NCBI GenBank assembly: GCA_964016885.1
Contig: OZ024743.1
Coordinates: 237,150,001 to 237,214,000, forward strand
Origin: Eledone cirrhosa
Taxonomy: Eukaryota
Direction of reading: 5' to 3'
DNA: 64,000 nucleotides
A program made the position numbers and the translations under genes. Shown here one piece after another: positions 1 to 15,000 of the stretch. The stretch's first letter is position 1, and each line of letters starts with the position of its first letter. The notes under the pieces were generated by a model. It saw nothing but the letters and a program-made list of their open reading frames with translations. It ran no database searches and had not been told where the DNA came from.

Positions 1-3000
1 CTAGTGTAGGAGATGGTGGTGGGTGACACTGTTGGTCTAGTGTAGGAGAGGGTGGTGGGTGACACTGTTGGTTTAGTGTAGGAAAGGGTGGCGGGTGACA
101 CTGTTGGTCTAGTGTAGGAGAGGGCGGTGGGTGACACTGTTGGTCTAGTGTAGGAGAGGGCGGTGGGTGACACTGTTGGTCTAGTGTAGGTGAGGGTGGT
201 GGGTGACACTGTTGGTCTAGTGTAAGAGAGGGCGGTGGGTGACACTGTTGGTCTAGTGTAGGAGAGGGTGGTGGGTGACACTGTTGGTCTAGTGTAGGAG
301 AGGGTGGTGGGTGACACTGTTGGTCTAGTGTAGAAGAGGGCGGTGGGTGACACTGTTGGTCTAGTGTAAGAGAGGGCGGTGGGTGACACTGTTGGTCTAG
401 TGTAGGAGAGGGTGGTGGGTGACACTGTTGGTCTAGTGTAGGAGAGGGTGGTGGGTGACACTGTTGGTCTAGTGTAGGAGAGGGTGGTGGGTGACACTGT
501 TGGTGTAGTGTAGGAGAGGGTGGTGGGTGACACTGTTGGTCTACTGTAGGAGAGGGTGGTGGGTGACACTGTTGTTCTAGTGTAAGAGAGGGCGGTGGGT
601 GACACTGTTGGTCTAGTGTATGAGAGGGTGGTGGGTGACACTGTTGGTCTAGTGTAGGAGAGGGCGGTGGGTGACACTGTTGGTCTAGTGTAAGAGAGGG
701 CGGTGGGTGACACTGTTGGTCTAGTGTAGGAGAGGGTGGTGGGTGACACTGTTGGTCTAGTGTAGGAGAGGGTGGTGGGTGACACTGTTGGTCTAGTGTA
801 GGAGAGGGTGGTGGGTGACACTGTTGGTCTAGTGTAAGAGAGGGCGGTGGGTAACACTGTTGGTCTAGTGTAGGAGAGGGCGGTGGGTGACACTGTTGGT
901 CTAGTGTAGGAGAGGGTGGTGGGTGACACTGTTGGTCTAGTGTAGGAGAGGGCGGTGGGTGACACTGTTGGTCTAGTGTAAGAGAGGGCGGTGGGTGACA
1001 CTGTTGGTCTAGTGTAGGAGAGGGTGGTGGGTGACACTGTTGGTCTAGTGTAGGAGAGAGTGGTGGGTGACACAGTTGGTCTAGTGTAGGAGAGGGCGGT
1101 GGGTGACACTGTTGGTCTAGTGTAGGAGAGGGCGGTGGGTGACACTGTTGGTCTAGTGTAGGAGAGGGTGGTGGGTGACACTGTTGGTCTAGTGTAGGAG
1201 AGGGTGGTGGGTGACACTGTTGGTCTAGTGTAGGAGAGGGTTGTGGGTGACACTGTTGGTCTAGTGTAGGAGATGGTGGTGGGTGACACTGTTGGTCTAG
1301 TGTAGGTGAGGGTGGTGGGTGACACTGTTGGTCTAGTGTAAGAGAGGGCGGTGGGTGACACTGTTGGTCTAGTGTAGGAGAGGGTGGTGGGTGACACTGT
1401 TGGTCTAGTGTAGGAGAGGGTGGTGGGTGACACTGTTGGTCTAGTGTAGAAGAGGGTGGTGGGTGACACTGTTGGTCTAGTGTAAGAGAGGGCGGTGGGT
1501 GACACTGTTGGTCTAGTGTAGGAGAGGGTGGTGGGTGACACTGTTGGTCTAGTGTAGGAGAGGGTGGTGGGTGACACTGTTGGTTTAGTGTAGGAGAGGG
1601 TGGTGGGTGACACTGTTGGTCTAGTGTAGGAGAGGGTGGTGGGTGACACTGTTGGCTTAGTGTAGGAGAGGGTGGTGGGTGACACTGTTGGTCTAGTGTA
1701 GGAGAGGTTGGTGGGTGACACTGTTGGTTTAGTGTAGGAGAGGGTGGTGGATGACACTGTTGGTTTAGTGTAGGAGAGGGTGGTGGGTGACACTGTTGGT
1801 CTAGTGTAGGAGAGGGCGGTGGGTGACACTGTTGGTCTAGTGTAGGAGAGGGTGGTGGATGACACTGTTGGTTTAGTGTAGGAGAGGGTGGTGGGTGACA
1901 CTGTTGGTCTAGTGAAGGAGAGGGCGGTGGGTGACACTGTTGGTCTAGTGTAAGAGAGGGTGGTGGGTGACACTGTTGGTCTAGTGTAGGAGAGGGTGGT
2001 GGGTGACACTGTTGGTCTAGTGTAGGAGAGGGTGGTGGATGACACTGTTGGTTTAGTGTAGGAGAGGGTGGTGGGTGACACTGTTGGTCTAGTGTAGGAG
2101 AGGGTGGTGGATGACACTGTTGGTTTAGTGTAGGAGAGGGTGGTGGATAACACTGTTGGTTTAGTGTAGGAGAGGGTGGTGGGTGACACTGTTGGTCTAG
2201 TGTAGGAGAGGGTGGTGGATGACACTGTTGGTCTAGTGTAGGAGAGGGTGGTGGATGACACTGTTGGTTTAGTGTAGGAGAGGGTGGTGGGTGACACTGT
2301 TGGTCTAGTGTAGGAAAGGGTGGTGGGTGACACTGTTGGTTTAGTGTAGGAGAGGGTGGTGGATGACACTGTTGGTTTAGTGTAGGAGAGGGTGGTGGGT
2401 GACACTGTTGGTCTAGTGTAGGAGAGGGTGGTGGGTGACACTGTTGGCTTAGTGTAGGAGAGGGTGGTGGGTGACACTGTTGGTCTAGTGTTGGAGAGGG
2501 TGGTGAGTGACACTGTTGGTTTAGTGTAGGAGAGGGTGGTGTATGACACTGTTGGTTTAGTGTAGGAGAGGGTGGTGGGTGACACTGTTGGTCTAGTGTA
2601 GGAGAGGGCGGTGGGTGACACTGTTGGTCTAGTGTAGGAGAGGGTGGTGGGTGACACTGTTGGTTTAGTGTAGGAAAGGGTGGTGGGTGACACTGTTGGT
2701 CTAGTGTAGGAGAGGGTGGTGGGTGACACAGTTGGTCTAGTGTAGGAGAGGGTGGTGGGTGACACTGTTGGCTTAGTGTAGGAGAGGGTGGTGGGTGACA
2801 CTGTTGGTCTAGTGTAGGAGAGGGTGGTGGGTGACACTGTTGGTCTAGTGTAGGAGAGGGTGGTGGGTGACACTGTTGGTCTAGTGTAGGAGAGGGTGGT
2901 GGGTGACACTGTTGGTCTAGTGTAGGAGAGGGTGGTGGGTGACACTGTTGGTCTAGTGTAGGAGAGGGTGGTGGGTGACACTGTTGGTCTAGTGTAGGAG

Positions 3001-6000
3001 AGGGTGGTGGGTGGCACTGTTGGTCTAGTGTAGGAGAGGGTGGTGGGTGACACTGTTGGTCTAGTGTAGGAGAGGGTGGTGGATGACACTGTTGGTTTAG
3101 TGTAGGAGAGGGTGGTGGGTGACACTGTTGGTCTAGTGAAGGAGAGGGCTGTGGGTGACACTGTTGGTCTAGTGTAAGAGAGGGTGGTGGGTGACACTGT
3201 TGGTCTAGTGTAGAAGAGGGTGGTGGGTGACACTGTTGGTTTAGTATAGAAGAGGGTGGTGGGTGACACTGTTGGTCTAGTGTAGGAGAGGGTGGTGGGT
3301 CACACTGTTGGTCTAGTGTAGGAGAGGGTGGTGGGTGACACTGTTGGTCTAGTGTAGGAGAGGGTGGTGGGTGACACTGTTGGTCTAGTGTAGGAGAGGG
3401 TGGTGGGTGACACTGTTGGTCTAGTGTAGGAGAGGGTTGTGGGTGACACTGTTGGTCTAGTGTAGGAGATGGTGGTGGGTGACACTGTTGGTCTAGTGTA
3501 GGTGAGGGTGGTGGGTGACACTGTTGGTCTAGTGTAAGAGAGGGCGGTGGGTGACACTGTTGGTCTAGTGTAGGAGAGGGTGGTGGGTGACACTGTTGGT
3601 CTAGTGTAGGAGAGGGTGGTGGGTGACACTGTTGGTCTAGTGTAGAAGAGGGTGGTGGGTGACACTGTTGGTCTAGTGTAAGAGAGGGCGGTGGGTGACA
3701 CTGTTGGTCTAGTGTAGGAGAGGGTGGTGGGTTACACTGTTGGTCTAGTGTAGGAGAGGGTGGTGGGTGACACTGTTGGTGTAGTGTAGGAGAGGGTGGT
3801 GGGTGACACTGTTGGTCTAGTGTAAGAGAGGGCGGTGGGTGACACTGTTGGTCTAGTGTATGAGAGGGTGGTGGGTGACACTGTTGGTCTAGTGTAGGAG
3901 AGGGTGGTGGGTGACACTGTTGGTCTAGTGTAGGAGAGGGCGGTGGGTGACACTGTTGGTCTAGTGTAGGAGAGGGCGGCGGGTGACACTGTTGGTCTAG
4001 TGTAAGAGAGGGCGGTGGGTGACACTGTTGGTCTAGTGTAGGAGAGGGTGGTGGGTGACACTGTTGGTCTAGTGTAGGAGAGGGTGGTGGGTGACACTGT
4101 TGGTCTAGTGTAGGGGAGGGCGGTGGGTGACACTGTTGGTCTAGTGTAAGAGAGGGCGGTGGGTGACACTGTTGGTCTAGTGTAAGAGAGGGCGGTGGGT
4201 GACACTGTTGGTCTAGTGTAAGAGAGGGTGGTGGGTGACACTGTTGGTCTAGTGTAGGAGAGGGTGGTGGGTGACACTGTTGGTCTAGTGTAGTAGAGGG
4301 CGGTGGGTGACACTGTTGGTCTAGTGTAAGAGAGGGCGGTGGGTGACACTGTTGGTCTAGTGTAGGAGAGGGTGGTGGGTGACACTGTTGGCTTAGTGTA
4401 GGAGAGGGTGGTGGGTGACACTGTTGGTCTAGTGTTGGAGAGGGTGGTGGGTGACACTGTTGGCTTAGTGTAGGAGAGGGTGGTGAGTGACACTGTTGGT
4501 TTAGTGTAGGAGAGGGTGGTGTATGACACTGTTGGTCTAGTGTAGGAGAGGGCGGTGGGTGACACTGTTGGTCTAGTGTAGGAGAGGGCGGCGGGTGACA
4601 CTGTTGGTCTAGTGTAAGAGAGGGCGGTGGGTGACACTGTTGGTCTAGTGTAGGAGAGGGTGGTGGGTGACACTGTTGGTCTAGTGTAGGAGAGGGCGGT
4701 GGGTGACACTGTTGGTCTAGTGTAGGGGAGGGCGGTGGGTGACACTGTTGGTCTAGTGTAAGAGAGGGCGGTGGGTGACACTGTTGGTCTAGTGTAAGAG
4801 AGGGCGGTGGGTGACACTGTTGGTCTAGTGTAAGAGAGGGTGGTGGGTGACACTGTTGGTCTAGTGTAGGAGAGGGTGGTGGGTGACACTGTTGGTCTAG
4901 TGTAGTAGAGGGCGGTGGGTGACACTGTTGGTCTAGTGTAAGAGAGGGCGGTGGGTGACACTGTTGGTCTAGTGTAAGAGAGGGTGGTGGGTGACACTGT
5001 TGGTCTAGTGTAGGAGAGGGTGGTGGGTGACACTGTTGGTCTAGTGTAGGAGAGGGTGGTGGGTGACACTGTTGGTCTAGTGTAGGAGAGGGCGGTGGGT
5101 GACACTGTTGGTCTAGTGTAGGAGAGGGCGGTGGGTGACACTGTTGGTCTAGTGTAGGAGAGGGCGGTGGGTGACACTGTTGGTCTAGTGTAGGAGAGGG
5201 TGGTGGGTGACACTGTTGGTCTAGTGTAGGAGAGGGTGGTGGGTGACACTGTTGGTCTAGTGTAGGAGAGGGTGGTGGGTGACACTGTTGGTCTAGTGTA
5301 GGAGAGGGCGGTGGGTGACACTGTTGGTCTAGTGTAAGAGAGGGCGGTGGGTGACACTGTTGGTCTAGTGTAAGAGAGGGCGGTGGATGACACTGTTGGT
5401 CTAGTGTAAGAGAGGGTGGTGGGTGACACTGTTGGTCTAGTGTAGGAGAGGGTGGTGGGTGACACTGTTGGTCTAGTGTAGGTGAGGGTGGTGGGTGACA
5501 CTGTTGGTTTAGTGTAGGAGAGGGTGGTGGGTGACACTGTTGGTCTAGTGTAAGAGAGGGTGGTGGGTGACACTGTTGGTCTAGTGTAGGAGAGGGCGGT
5601 GGGTGACACTGTTGGTTTAGTGTAGGAGAGGGCGGTGGGTGACACTGTTGGTCTAGTGTAGGAGAGGGTGGTGGGTGACACTGTTTCTTTAGTGTAGGAG
5701 AGGGTGGTGGGTGACACTGTTGGTCTAGTGTAAGAGAGGGTGGTGGGTGACACTGTTGGTCTAGTGTAGGAGAGGGTGGTGGGTGACACTGTTGGTCTAG
5801 TGTAAGAGAGGGTGGTGGGTGACACTGTTGGTCTAGTGTAGGAGAGGGCGATGGGTGACACTGTTGGTCTAGTGTAGGAGAGGGTGGTGGGTGACACTGT
5901 TGGTTTAGTGTAGGAGAGGGTGGTGGGTGACACTGTTGGTCTAGTGTAAGAGAGGGTGCTGGGTGACACTGTTGGTCTAGTGTAGGAGAGGGTGGTGGGT

Positions 6001-9000
6001 GACACTGTTGGTCTAGTGTAGGAGAGGGCGGTGGGTGACACTGTTGGTCTAGTGTAAGAGAGGGTGGTGGATGACACTGTTGGTCTACTGTAGGAGAGCG
6101 TGGTGGGTGACACTGTTGGTCTAGTGTAGGAGAGGGCGGTGGGTGACACTGTTGGTCTAGTGTAGGAGAGGGCGGTGGGTGACACTGTTGGTCTAGTGTA
6201 GGAGAGGGCGGTGGGTGACACTGTTGGTCTAGTGTAAGAGAGGGCGGTGGGTGACACTGTTGGTCCAGTGTAGGAGAGGGCGGTGGGTGACACTGTTGGT
6301 CTAGTGTAAGAGAGGGCGGTGGGTGACACTGTTGGTCTAGTGTAGGAGAGGGCGGTGGGTGACACTGTTGGTCTAGTGTAAGAGAGGGCGGTGGGTGACA
6401 CTGTTGGTCTAGTGTAAGAGAGGGCGGTGGGTGACACTGTTGGTCTAGTGTAAGAGAGGGCGGTGGGTGACACTGTTGGTCTAGTGTAGGAGAGGGCGGT
6501 GGGTGACACTGTTGTTCTAGTGTAAGAGAGGGCGGTGGGTGACACTGTTGGTCTAGTGTAAGAGAGGGTGGTGGGTGACACTGTTGGTCTAGTGTAGGAG
6601 AGGGCGGTGGGTGACACTGTTGGTCTAGTGTAAGAGAGGGCGGTGGGTGACACTGTTGGTCTAGTGTAAGAGAGGGCGGTGGGTGACACTGTTGGTCTAG
6701 TGTAAGAGAGGGTGGTGGGTGACACTGTTGGTCTAGTGTAGGAGAGGGCGGTGGGTGACACTGTTGGTCTAGTGTAGGTGAGGGTGGTGGGTGACACTGT
6801 TGGTTTAGTGTAGGAGAGGGCGGTGGGTGACACTGTTGGTCTAGTGTAGGAGAGGGTGGTGGGTGACACTGTTGGTTTAGTGTAGGAGAGGGTGGTGGGT
6901 GACACTGTTGGTCTAGTGTAAGAGAGGCTGGTGGGTGACACTGTTGGTCTAGTGTAGGAGAGGGTGGTGGGTGACACTGTTGGTCTAGTGTAAGAGAGGG
7001 TGGTGGGTGACACTGTTGGTCTAGTGTAGGAGAGGGCGATGGGTGACACTGTTGGTCTAGTGTAGGAGAGGGTGGTGGGTGACACTGTTGGTTTAGTGTA
7101 GGAGAGGGTGGTGGGTGACACTGTTGGTCTAGTGTAAGAGAGGGTGGTGGGTGACACTGTTGGTCTAGTGTAGGAGAGGGTGGTGGGTGACACTGTTGGT
7201 CTAGTGTAGGAGAGGGCGGTGGGTGACACTGTTGGTCTAGTGTAAGAGAGGGTGGTGGGTGACACTGTTGGTCTAGTGTAGGAGAGGGTGGTGGGTGACA
7301 CTGTTGGTCTAGTGTAAGAGAGGGTGGTGGGTGACACTGTTGGTCTAGTGTAGGAGAGGGCGATGGGTGACACTGTTGGTCTAGTGTAGGAGAGGGTGGT
7401 GGGTGACACTGTTGGTTTAGTGTAGGAGAGGGTGGTGGGTGACACTGTTGGTCTAGTGTAAGAGAGGGTGGTGGGTGACACTGTTGGTCTAGTGTAGGAG
7501 AGGGTGGTGGGTGACACTGTTGGTCTAGTGTAGGAGAGGGCGGTGGGTGACACTGTTGGTCTAGTGTAAGAGAGGGCGGTGGGTGACACTGTTGGTCCAG
7601 TGTAGGAGAGGGCGGTGGGTGACACTGTTGGTCTAGTGTAAGAGAGGGCGGTGGGTGACACTGTTGGTCTAGTGTAGGAGAGGGCGGTGGGTGACACTGT
7701 TGGTCTAGTGTAAGAGAGGGCGGTGGGTGACACTGTTGGTCTAGTGTAAGAGAGGGCGGTGGGTGACACTGTTGGTCTAGTGTAAGAGAGGGCGGTGGGT
7801 GACACTGTTGGTCTAGTGTAGGAGAGGGTGGTGGGTGACACTGTTGGTTTAGTTAGTATAGGAGAGGGTGGTGGATGACACTGTTGGTTTAGTGTAGGAG
7901 AGGGTGGTGGGTGACACTGTTGGTCTAGTGTAGGAGAGGGCGGTGGGTGACACTGTTGGTCTAGTGTAGGAGAGGGTGGTGGATGACACTGTTGGTTTAG
8001 TGTAGGAGAGGGTGGTGGGTGACACTGTTGGTCTAGTGAAGGAGAGGGCGGTGGGTGACACTGTTGGTCTAGTGTAAGAGAGGGTGGTGGGTGACACTGT
8101 TGGTCTAGTGTAGGAGAGGGTGGTGGGTGACACTGTTGGTCTAGTGTAGGAGAAGGATGGTGGATGACACTGTTGGTTTAGTGTAGGAGAGGGTGGTGGG
8201 TGACACTGTTGGTCTAGTGTAGGAGAGGGTGGTGGATGACACTGTTGGTTTAGTGTAGGAGAGGGTGGTGGATGACACTGTTGGTTTAGTGTAGGAGAGG
8301 GTGGTGGGTGACACTGTTGGTCTAGTGTAGGAGAGGGTGGTGGGTGACACTGTTGGTCTAGTGTAGGAGAGGGTGGTGGATGACACTGTTGGTTTAGTGT
8401 AGGAGAGGGTGGTGGGTGACACTGTTGGTTTAGTGTAGGAGAGGGTGGTGGATGACACTGTTGGTTTAGTGTAGGAGAGGGTGGTGGGTGACACTGTTGG
8501 TCTAGTGTAGGAGAGGGCGGTGGGTGACACTGTTGGTCTAGTGTAAGAGAGGGTGGTGGGTGACACTGTTGGTCTAGTGTAGGAGAGGGTGGTGGGTGAT
8601 ACTGTTGGTCTAGTGTAGGTGAGGGTGGTGGGTGACACTGTTGGTTTAGTGTAGGAGAGGGTGGTGGGTGACACTGTTGGTCTAGTGTAAGAGAGGGTGG
8701 TGGGTGACACTGTTGGTCTAGTGTAGGAGAGGGCGGTGGGTGACACTGTTGGTCTAGTGTAAGAGAGGGCGGTGGGTGACACTGTTGGTCTAGTGTAAGA
8801 GAGGGCGGTGGGTGACACTGTTGGTCTAGTGTAAGAGAGGGTGGTGGGTGACACTGTTGGTCTAGTGTAGGAGAGGGCGGTGGGTGACACTGTTGGTCTA
8901 GTGTAGGTGAGGGTGGTGGGTGACACTGTTGGTTTAGTGTAGGAGAGGGCGGTGGGTGACACTGTTGGTCTAGTGTAGGAGAGGGTGGTGGGTGACACTG

Positions 9001-12000
9001 TTGGTTTAGTGTAGGAGAGGGTGGTGGGTGACACTGTTGGTCTAGTGTAAGAGAGGCTGGTGGGTGACACTGTTGGTCTAGTGTAGGAGAGGGTGGTGGG
9101 TGACACTGTTGGTCTAGTGTAAGAGAGGGTGGTGGGTGACACTGTTGGTCTAGTGTAGGAGAGGGCGATGGGTGACACTGTTGGTCTAGTGTAGGAGAGG
9201 GTGGTGGGTGACACTGTTGGTTTAGTGTAGGAGAGGGTGGTGGGTGACACTGTTGGTCTAGTGTAAGAGAGGGTGGTGGGTGACACTGTTGGTCTAGTGT
9301 AGGAGAGGGTGGTGGGTGACACTGTTGGTCTAGTGTAGGAGAGGGCGGTGGGTGACACTGTTGGTCTAGTGTAAGAGAGGGTGGTGGGTGACACTGTTGG
9401 TCTAGTGTAGGAGAGGGTGGTGGGTGACACTGTTGGTCTAGTGTAAGAGAGGGTGGTGGGTGACACTGTTGGTCTAGTGTAGGAGAGGGCGATGGGTGAC
9501 ACTGTTGGTCTAGTGTAGGAGAGGGTGGTGGGTGACACTGTTGGTTTAGTGTAGGAGAGGGTGGTGGGTGACACTGTTGGTCTAGTGTAAGAGAGGGTGG
9601 TGGGTGACACTGTTGGTCTAGTGTAGGAGAGGGTGGTGGGTGACACTGTTGGTCTAGTGTAGGAGAGGGCGGTGGGTGACACTGTTGGTCTAGTGTAAGA
9701 GAGGGCGGTGGGTGACACTGTTGGTCCAGTGTAGGAGAGGGCGGTGGGTGACACTGTTGGTCTAGTGTAAGAGAGGGCGGTGGGTGACACTGTTGGTCTA
9801 GTGTAGGAGAGGGCGGTGGGTGACACTGTTGGTCTAGTGTAAGAGAGGGCGGTGGGTGACACTGTTGGTCTAGTGTAAGAGAGGGCGGTGGGTGACACTG
9901 TTGGTCTAGTGTAAGAGAGGGCGGTGGGTGACACTGTTGGTCTAGTGTAGGAGAGGGTGGTGGGTGACACTGTTGGTTTAGTTAGTATAGGAGAGGGTGG
10001 TGGATGACACTGTTGGTTTAGTGTAGGAGAGGGTGGTGGGTGACACTGTTGGTCTAGTGTAGGAGAGGGCGGTGGGTGACACTGTTGGTCTAGTGTAGGA
10101 GAGGGTGGTGGATGACACTGTTGGTTTAGTGTAGGAGAGGGTGGTGGGTGACACTGTTGGTCTAGTGAAGGAGAGGGCGGTGGGTGACACTGTTGGTCTA
10201 GTGTAAGAGAGGGTGGTGGGTGACACTGTTGGTCTAGTGTAGGAGAGGGTGGTGGGTGACACTGTTGGTCTAGTGTAGGAGAAGGATGGTGGATGACACT
10301 GTTGGTTTAGTGTAGGAGAGGGTGGTGGGTGACACTGTTGGTCTAGTGTAGGAGAGGGTGGTGGATGACACTGTTGGTTTAGTGTAGGAGAGGGTGGTGG
10401 ATGACACTGTTGGTTTAGTGTAGGAGAGGGTGGTGGGTGACACTGTTGGTCTAGTGTAGGAGAGGGTGGTGGGTGACACTGTTGGTCTAGTGTAGGAGAG
10501 GGTGGTGGATGACACTGTTGGTTTAGTGTAGGAGAGGGTGGTGGGTGACACTGTTGGTTTAGTGTAGGAGAGGGTGGTGGATGACACTGTTGGTTTAGTG
10601 TAGGAGAGGGTGGTGGGTGACACTGTTGGTCTAGTGTAGGAGAGGGCGGTGGGTGACACTGTTGGTCTAGTGTAAGAGAGGGTGGTGGGTGACACTGTTG
10701 GTCTAGTGTAGGAGAGGGTGGTGGGTGATACTGTTGGTCTAGTGTAGGTGAGGGTGGTGGGTGACACTGTTGGTTTAGTGTAGGAGAGGGTGGTGGGTGA
10801 CACTGTTGGTCTAGTGTAAGAGAGGGTGGTGGGTGACACTGTTGGTCTAGTGTAGGAGAGGGCGGTGGGTGACACTGTTGGTTTAGTGTAGGAGAGGGCG
10901 GTGGGTGACACTGTTGGTCTAGTGTAGGAGAGGGTGGTGGGTGACACTGTTGGTTTAGTGTAGGAGAGGGTGGTGGGTGACACTGTTGGTCTAGTGTAAG
11001 AGAGGGTGGTGGGTGACACTGTTGGTCTAGTGTAGGAGAGGGTGGTGTGTGACACTGTTGGTCTAGTGTAAGAGAGGGTGGTGGGTGACACTGTTGGTCT
11101 AGTGTAGGAGAGGGCGATGGGTGACACTGTTGGTCTAGTGTAGGAGAGGGTGGTGGGTGACACTGTTGGTTTAGTGTAGGAGAGGGTGGTGGGTGACACT
11201 GTTGGTCTAGTGTAAGAGAGGGTGCTGGGTGACACTGTTGGTCTAGTGTAGGAGAGGGTGGTGGGTGACACTGTTGGTCTAGTGTAGGAGAGGGCGGTGG
11301 GTGACACTGTTGGTCTAGTGTAAGAGAGGGTGGTGGATGACACTGTTGGTCTAGTGTAGGAGAGCGTGGTGGGTGACACTGTTGGTCTAGTGTAGGAGAG
11401 GGTGGTGGGTGACACTGTTGGTCTAGTGTAGGAGAGGGCGGTGGGTGACACTGTTGGTCAAGTGTAGGAGAGGGCGGTGGGTGACACTGTTGGTCTAGTG
11501 TAAGAGAGGGCGGTGGGTGACACTGTTGGTCCAGTGTAGGAGAGGGCGGTGGGTGACACTGTTGGTCTAGTGTAAGAGAGGGCGGTGGGTGACACTGTTG
11601 GTCTAGTTTAGGAGAGGGCGGTGGGTGACACTGTTGGTCTAGTGTAAGAGAGGGCGGTGGGTGACACTGTTGGTCTAGTGTAAGAGAGGGCGGTGGGTGA
11701 CACTGTTGGTCTAGTGTAAGAGAGGGCGGTGGGTGACACTGTTGGTCTAGTGTAGGAGAGGGCGGTGGGTGACACTGTTGGTCTAGTGTAAGAGAGGGCG
11801 GTGGGTGACTCTGTTGGTCTAGTGTAAGAGAGGGTGGTGGGTGACACTGTTGGTCTAGTGTAGGAGAGGGCGGTGGGTGAGACTGTTGGTCTAGTGTAGG
11901 AGAGGGTGGTGGGTGACACTGTTGGTCTAGTGTAGGTGAGGGTGGTCGTTGACACTGTTGGTTTAGTGTAGGAGAGGGTGGTGGGTGACACTGTTGGTCT

Positions 12001-15000
12001 AGTGTAAGAGAGGGTGGTGGGTGACACTGTTGGTCTAGTGTAGGAGAGGGCGGTGGGTGACACTGTTGGTCTAGTGTAAGAGAGGGCGGTGGGTGACACT
12101 GTTGGTCTAGTGTAAGAGAGGGCGGTGGGTGACACTGTTGGTCTAGTGTAAGAGAGGGTGGTGGGTGACACTGTTGGTCTAGTGTAGGAGAGGGCGGTGG
12201 GTGACACTGTTGGTCTAGTGTAGGTGAGGGTGGTGGGTGACACTGTTGGTTTAGTGTAGGAGAGGGCGGTGGGTGACACTGTTGGTCTAGTGTAGGAGAG
12301 GGTGGTAGGTGACACTGTTGGTTTAGTGTAGGAGAGGGTGGTGGGTGACACTGTTGGTCTAGTGTAAGAGAGGGTGGTGGGTGACACTGTTGGTCTAGTG
12401 TAGGAGAGGGTGGTGGGTGACACTGTTGGTCTAGTGTAAGAGAGGGTGGTGGGTGACACTGTTGGTCTAGTGTAGGAGAGGGCGATGGGTGACACTGTTG
12501 GTCTAGTGTAGGAGAGGGTGGTGGGTGACACTGTTGGTTTAGTGTAGGAGAGGGTGGTGGGTGACACTGTTGGTCTAGTGTAGGAGAGGGTGGTGGGTGA
12601 CACTGTTGGTCTAGTGTAGGAGAGGGTGGTGGGTGACACTGTTGGTCTAGTGTAGGAGAGGGTGGTGGGTGACACTGTTGGTCTAGTGTAGGAGAGGGCG
12701 GTGGGTGACACTGTTGGTCTAGTGTAAGAGAGGGCGGTGGGTGACACTGTTGGTCCAGTGTAGGAGAGGGCGGTGGGTGACACTGTTGGTCTAGTGTAAG
12801 AGAGGGCGGTGGGTGACACTGTTGGTCTAGTGTAGGAGAGGGCGGTGGGTGACACTGTTGGTCTAGTGTAAGAGAGGGCGGTGGGTGACACTGTTGGTCT
12901 AGTGTAAGAGAGGGCGGTGGGTGACACTGTTGGTCTAGTGTAAGAGAGGGCGGTGGTTGACACTGTTGGTCTAGTGTAGGAGAGGGTGGTGGGTGACACT
13001 GTTGGTTTAGTTAGTATAGGAGAGGGTGGTGGATGACACTGTTGGTTTAGTGTAGGAGAGGGTGGTGGGTGACACTGTTGGTCTAGTGTAGGAGAGGGCG
13101 GTGGGTGACACTGTTGGTCTAGTGTAGGAGAGGGTGGTGGATGACACTGTTGGTTTAGTGTAGGAGAGGGTGGTGGGTGACACTGTTGGTCTAGTGAAGG
13201 AGAGGGCGGTGGGTGACACTGTTGGTCTAGTGTAAGACAGGGTGGTGGGTGACACTGTTGGTCTAGTGTAGGAGAGGGTGGTGGGTGACACTGTTGGTCT
13301 AGTGTAGGAGAGGGTGGTGGATGACACTGTTGGTTTAGTGTAGGAGAGGGTGGTGGGTGACACTGTTGGTCTAGTGTAGGAGAGGGTGGTGGATGACACT
13401 GTTGGTTTAGTGTAGGAGAGGGTGGTGGATGACACTGTTGGTTTAGTGTAGGAGAGGGTGGTGGGTGACACTGTTGGTCTAGTGTAGGAGAGGGTGGTGG
13501 GTGACACTGTTGGTCTAGTGTAGGAGAGGGTGGTGGATGACACTGTTGGTTTAGTGTAGGAGAGGGTGGTGGGTGACACTGTTGGTTTAGTGTAGGAGAG
13601 GGTGGTGGATGACACTGTTGGTTTAGTGTAGGAGAGGGTGGTGGGTGACACTGTTGGTCTAGTGTAGGAGAGGGTGGTGGGTGACACTGTTGGCTTAGTG
13701 TAGGAGAGGGTGGTGGGTGACACTGTTGGTCTAGTGTAGGAGAGGGTGGTGGGTGACACTGTTGGTTTAGTGTAGGAGAGGGTGGTGGATGACACTGTTG
13801 GTCTAGTGTAGGAGAGGGTGGTGGGTGACACTGTTGGTTTAGTTTAGGAGAGGGTGGTGGGTGACACTGTTGGTCTAGTGTAGGAGAGGGTGGTGGGTGA
13901 CACTGTTGGTCTAGTGTAGGAGAGGGCGGTGGGTGACACTGTTGGTCTAGTGTAGGAGAGGGTGGTGGGTGACACTGTTGGTCTAGTGTAGAAGAGGGTG
14001 GTGGGTGACACTGTTGGTTTAGTGTAGGAGAGGGTGGTGGGTGACACTGTTGGTCTAGTGTAGGAGAGGGTGGTGGGTGACACTGTTGGTTTAGTGTAGG
14101 AGAGGGTGGTGGGTGACACTGTTGGTCTAGTGTAGGAGAGGGTGGTGGGTGACACTGTTGGTTTAGTGTAGGAGAGGGTGGTGGGTGACACTGTTGGTCT
14201 AGTGTAGGAGAGGGTGGTGGGTGACACTGTTGGTTTAGTGTAGGAGAGGGTGGTGGGTGACACTGTTGGTCTAGTGTAGGAGAGGGTGGTGGGTGACACT
14301 GTTGGTTTAGTGTAGGAGAGGGTGGTGGGTGACACTGTTGGTCTAGTGTAGGAGAGGGTGGTGGGTGACACTGTTGGCTTAGTGTAGGAGAGGGTGGTGG
14401 GTGACACTGTTGGTCTAGTGTAGGAGAGGGCGGTGGGTGACACTGTTGGTCTAGTGTAGGAGAGGGTGGTGGGTGACACTGTTGGTTTAGTGTAGGAAAG
14501 GGTGGTGGGTGACACTGTTGGTCTAGTGTAGGAGAGGGTGGTGGGTGACACTGTTGGTCTAGTGTAGGAGAGGGTGGTGGGTGGCACTGTTGGTCTAGTG
14601 TAGGAGAGGGTGGTGGGTGACACTGTTGGTCTAGTGTAGGAGAGGGTGGTGGGTGACACTGTTGGTTTAGTGTAGGAGAGGGTGGTGGGTGACACTGTTG
14701 GTCTAGTGTAGGAGAGGGTGGTGGGTGACACTGTTGGCTTAGTGTAGGAGAGGGTGGTGGGTGACACTGTTGGTCTAGTGTAGGAGAGGGTGGTGGGTGA
14801 CACTGTTGGTTTAGTGTAGGAGAGGGTGGTGGATGACACTGTTGGTCTAGTGTAGGAGAGGGCGGTGGGTGACACTGTTGGTTTAGTGTAGGAGAGGGTG
14901 GTGGGTGACACTGTTGGTCTAGTGTAGGAGAGGGTGGTGGGTGACACTGTTGGTCTAGTGTAGGAGAGGGTGGTGGGTGACACTGTTGGTCTAGTGTAGG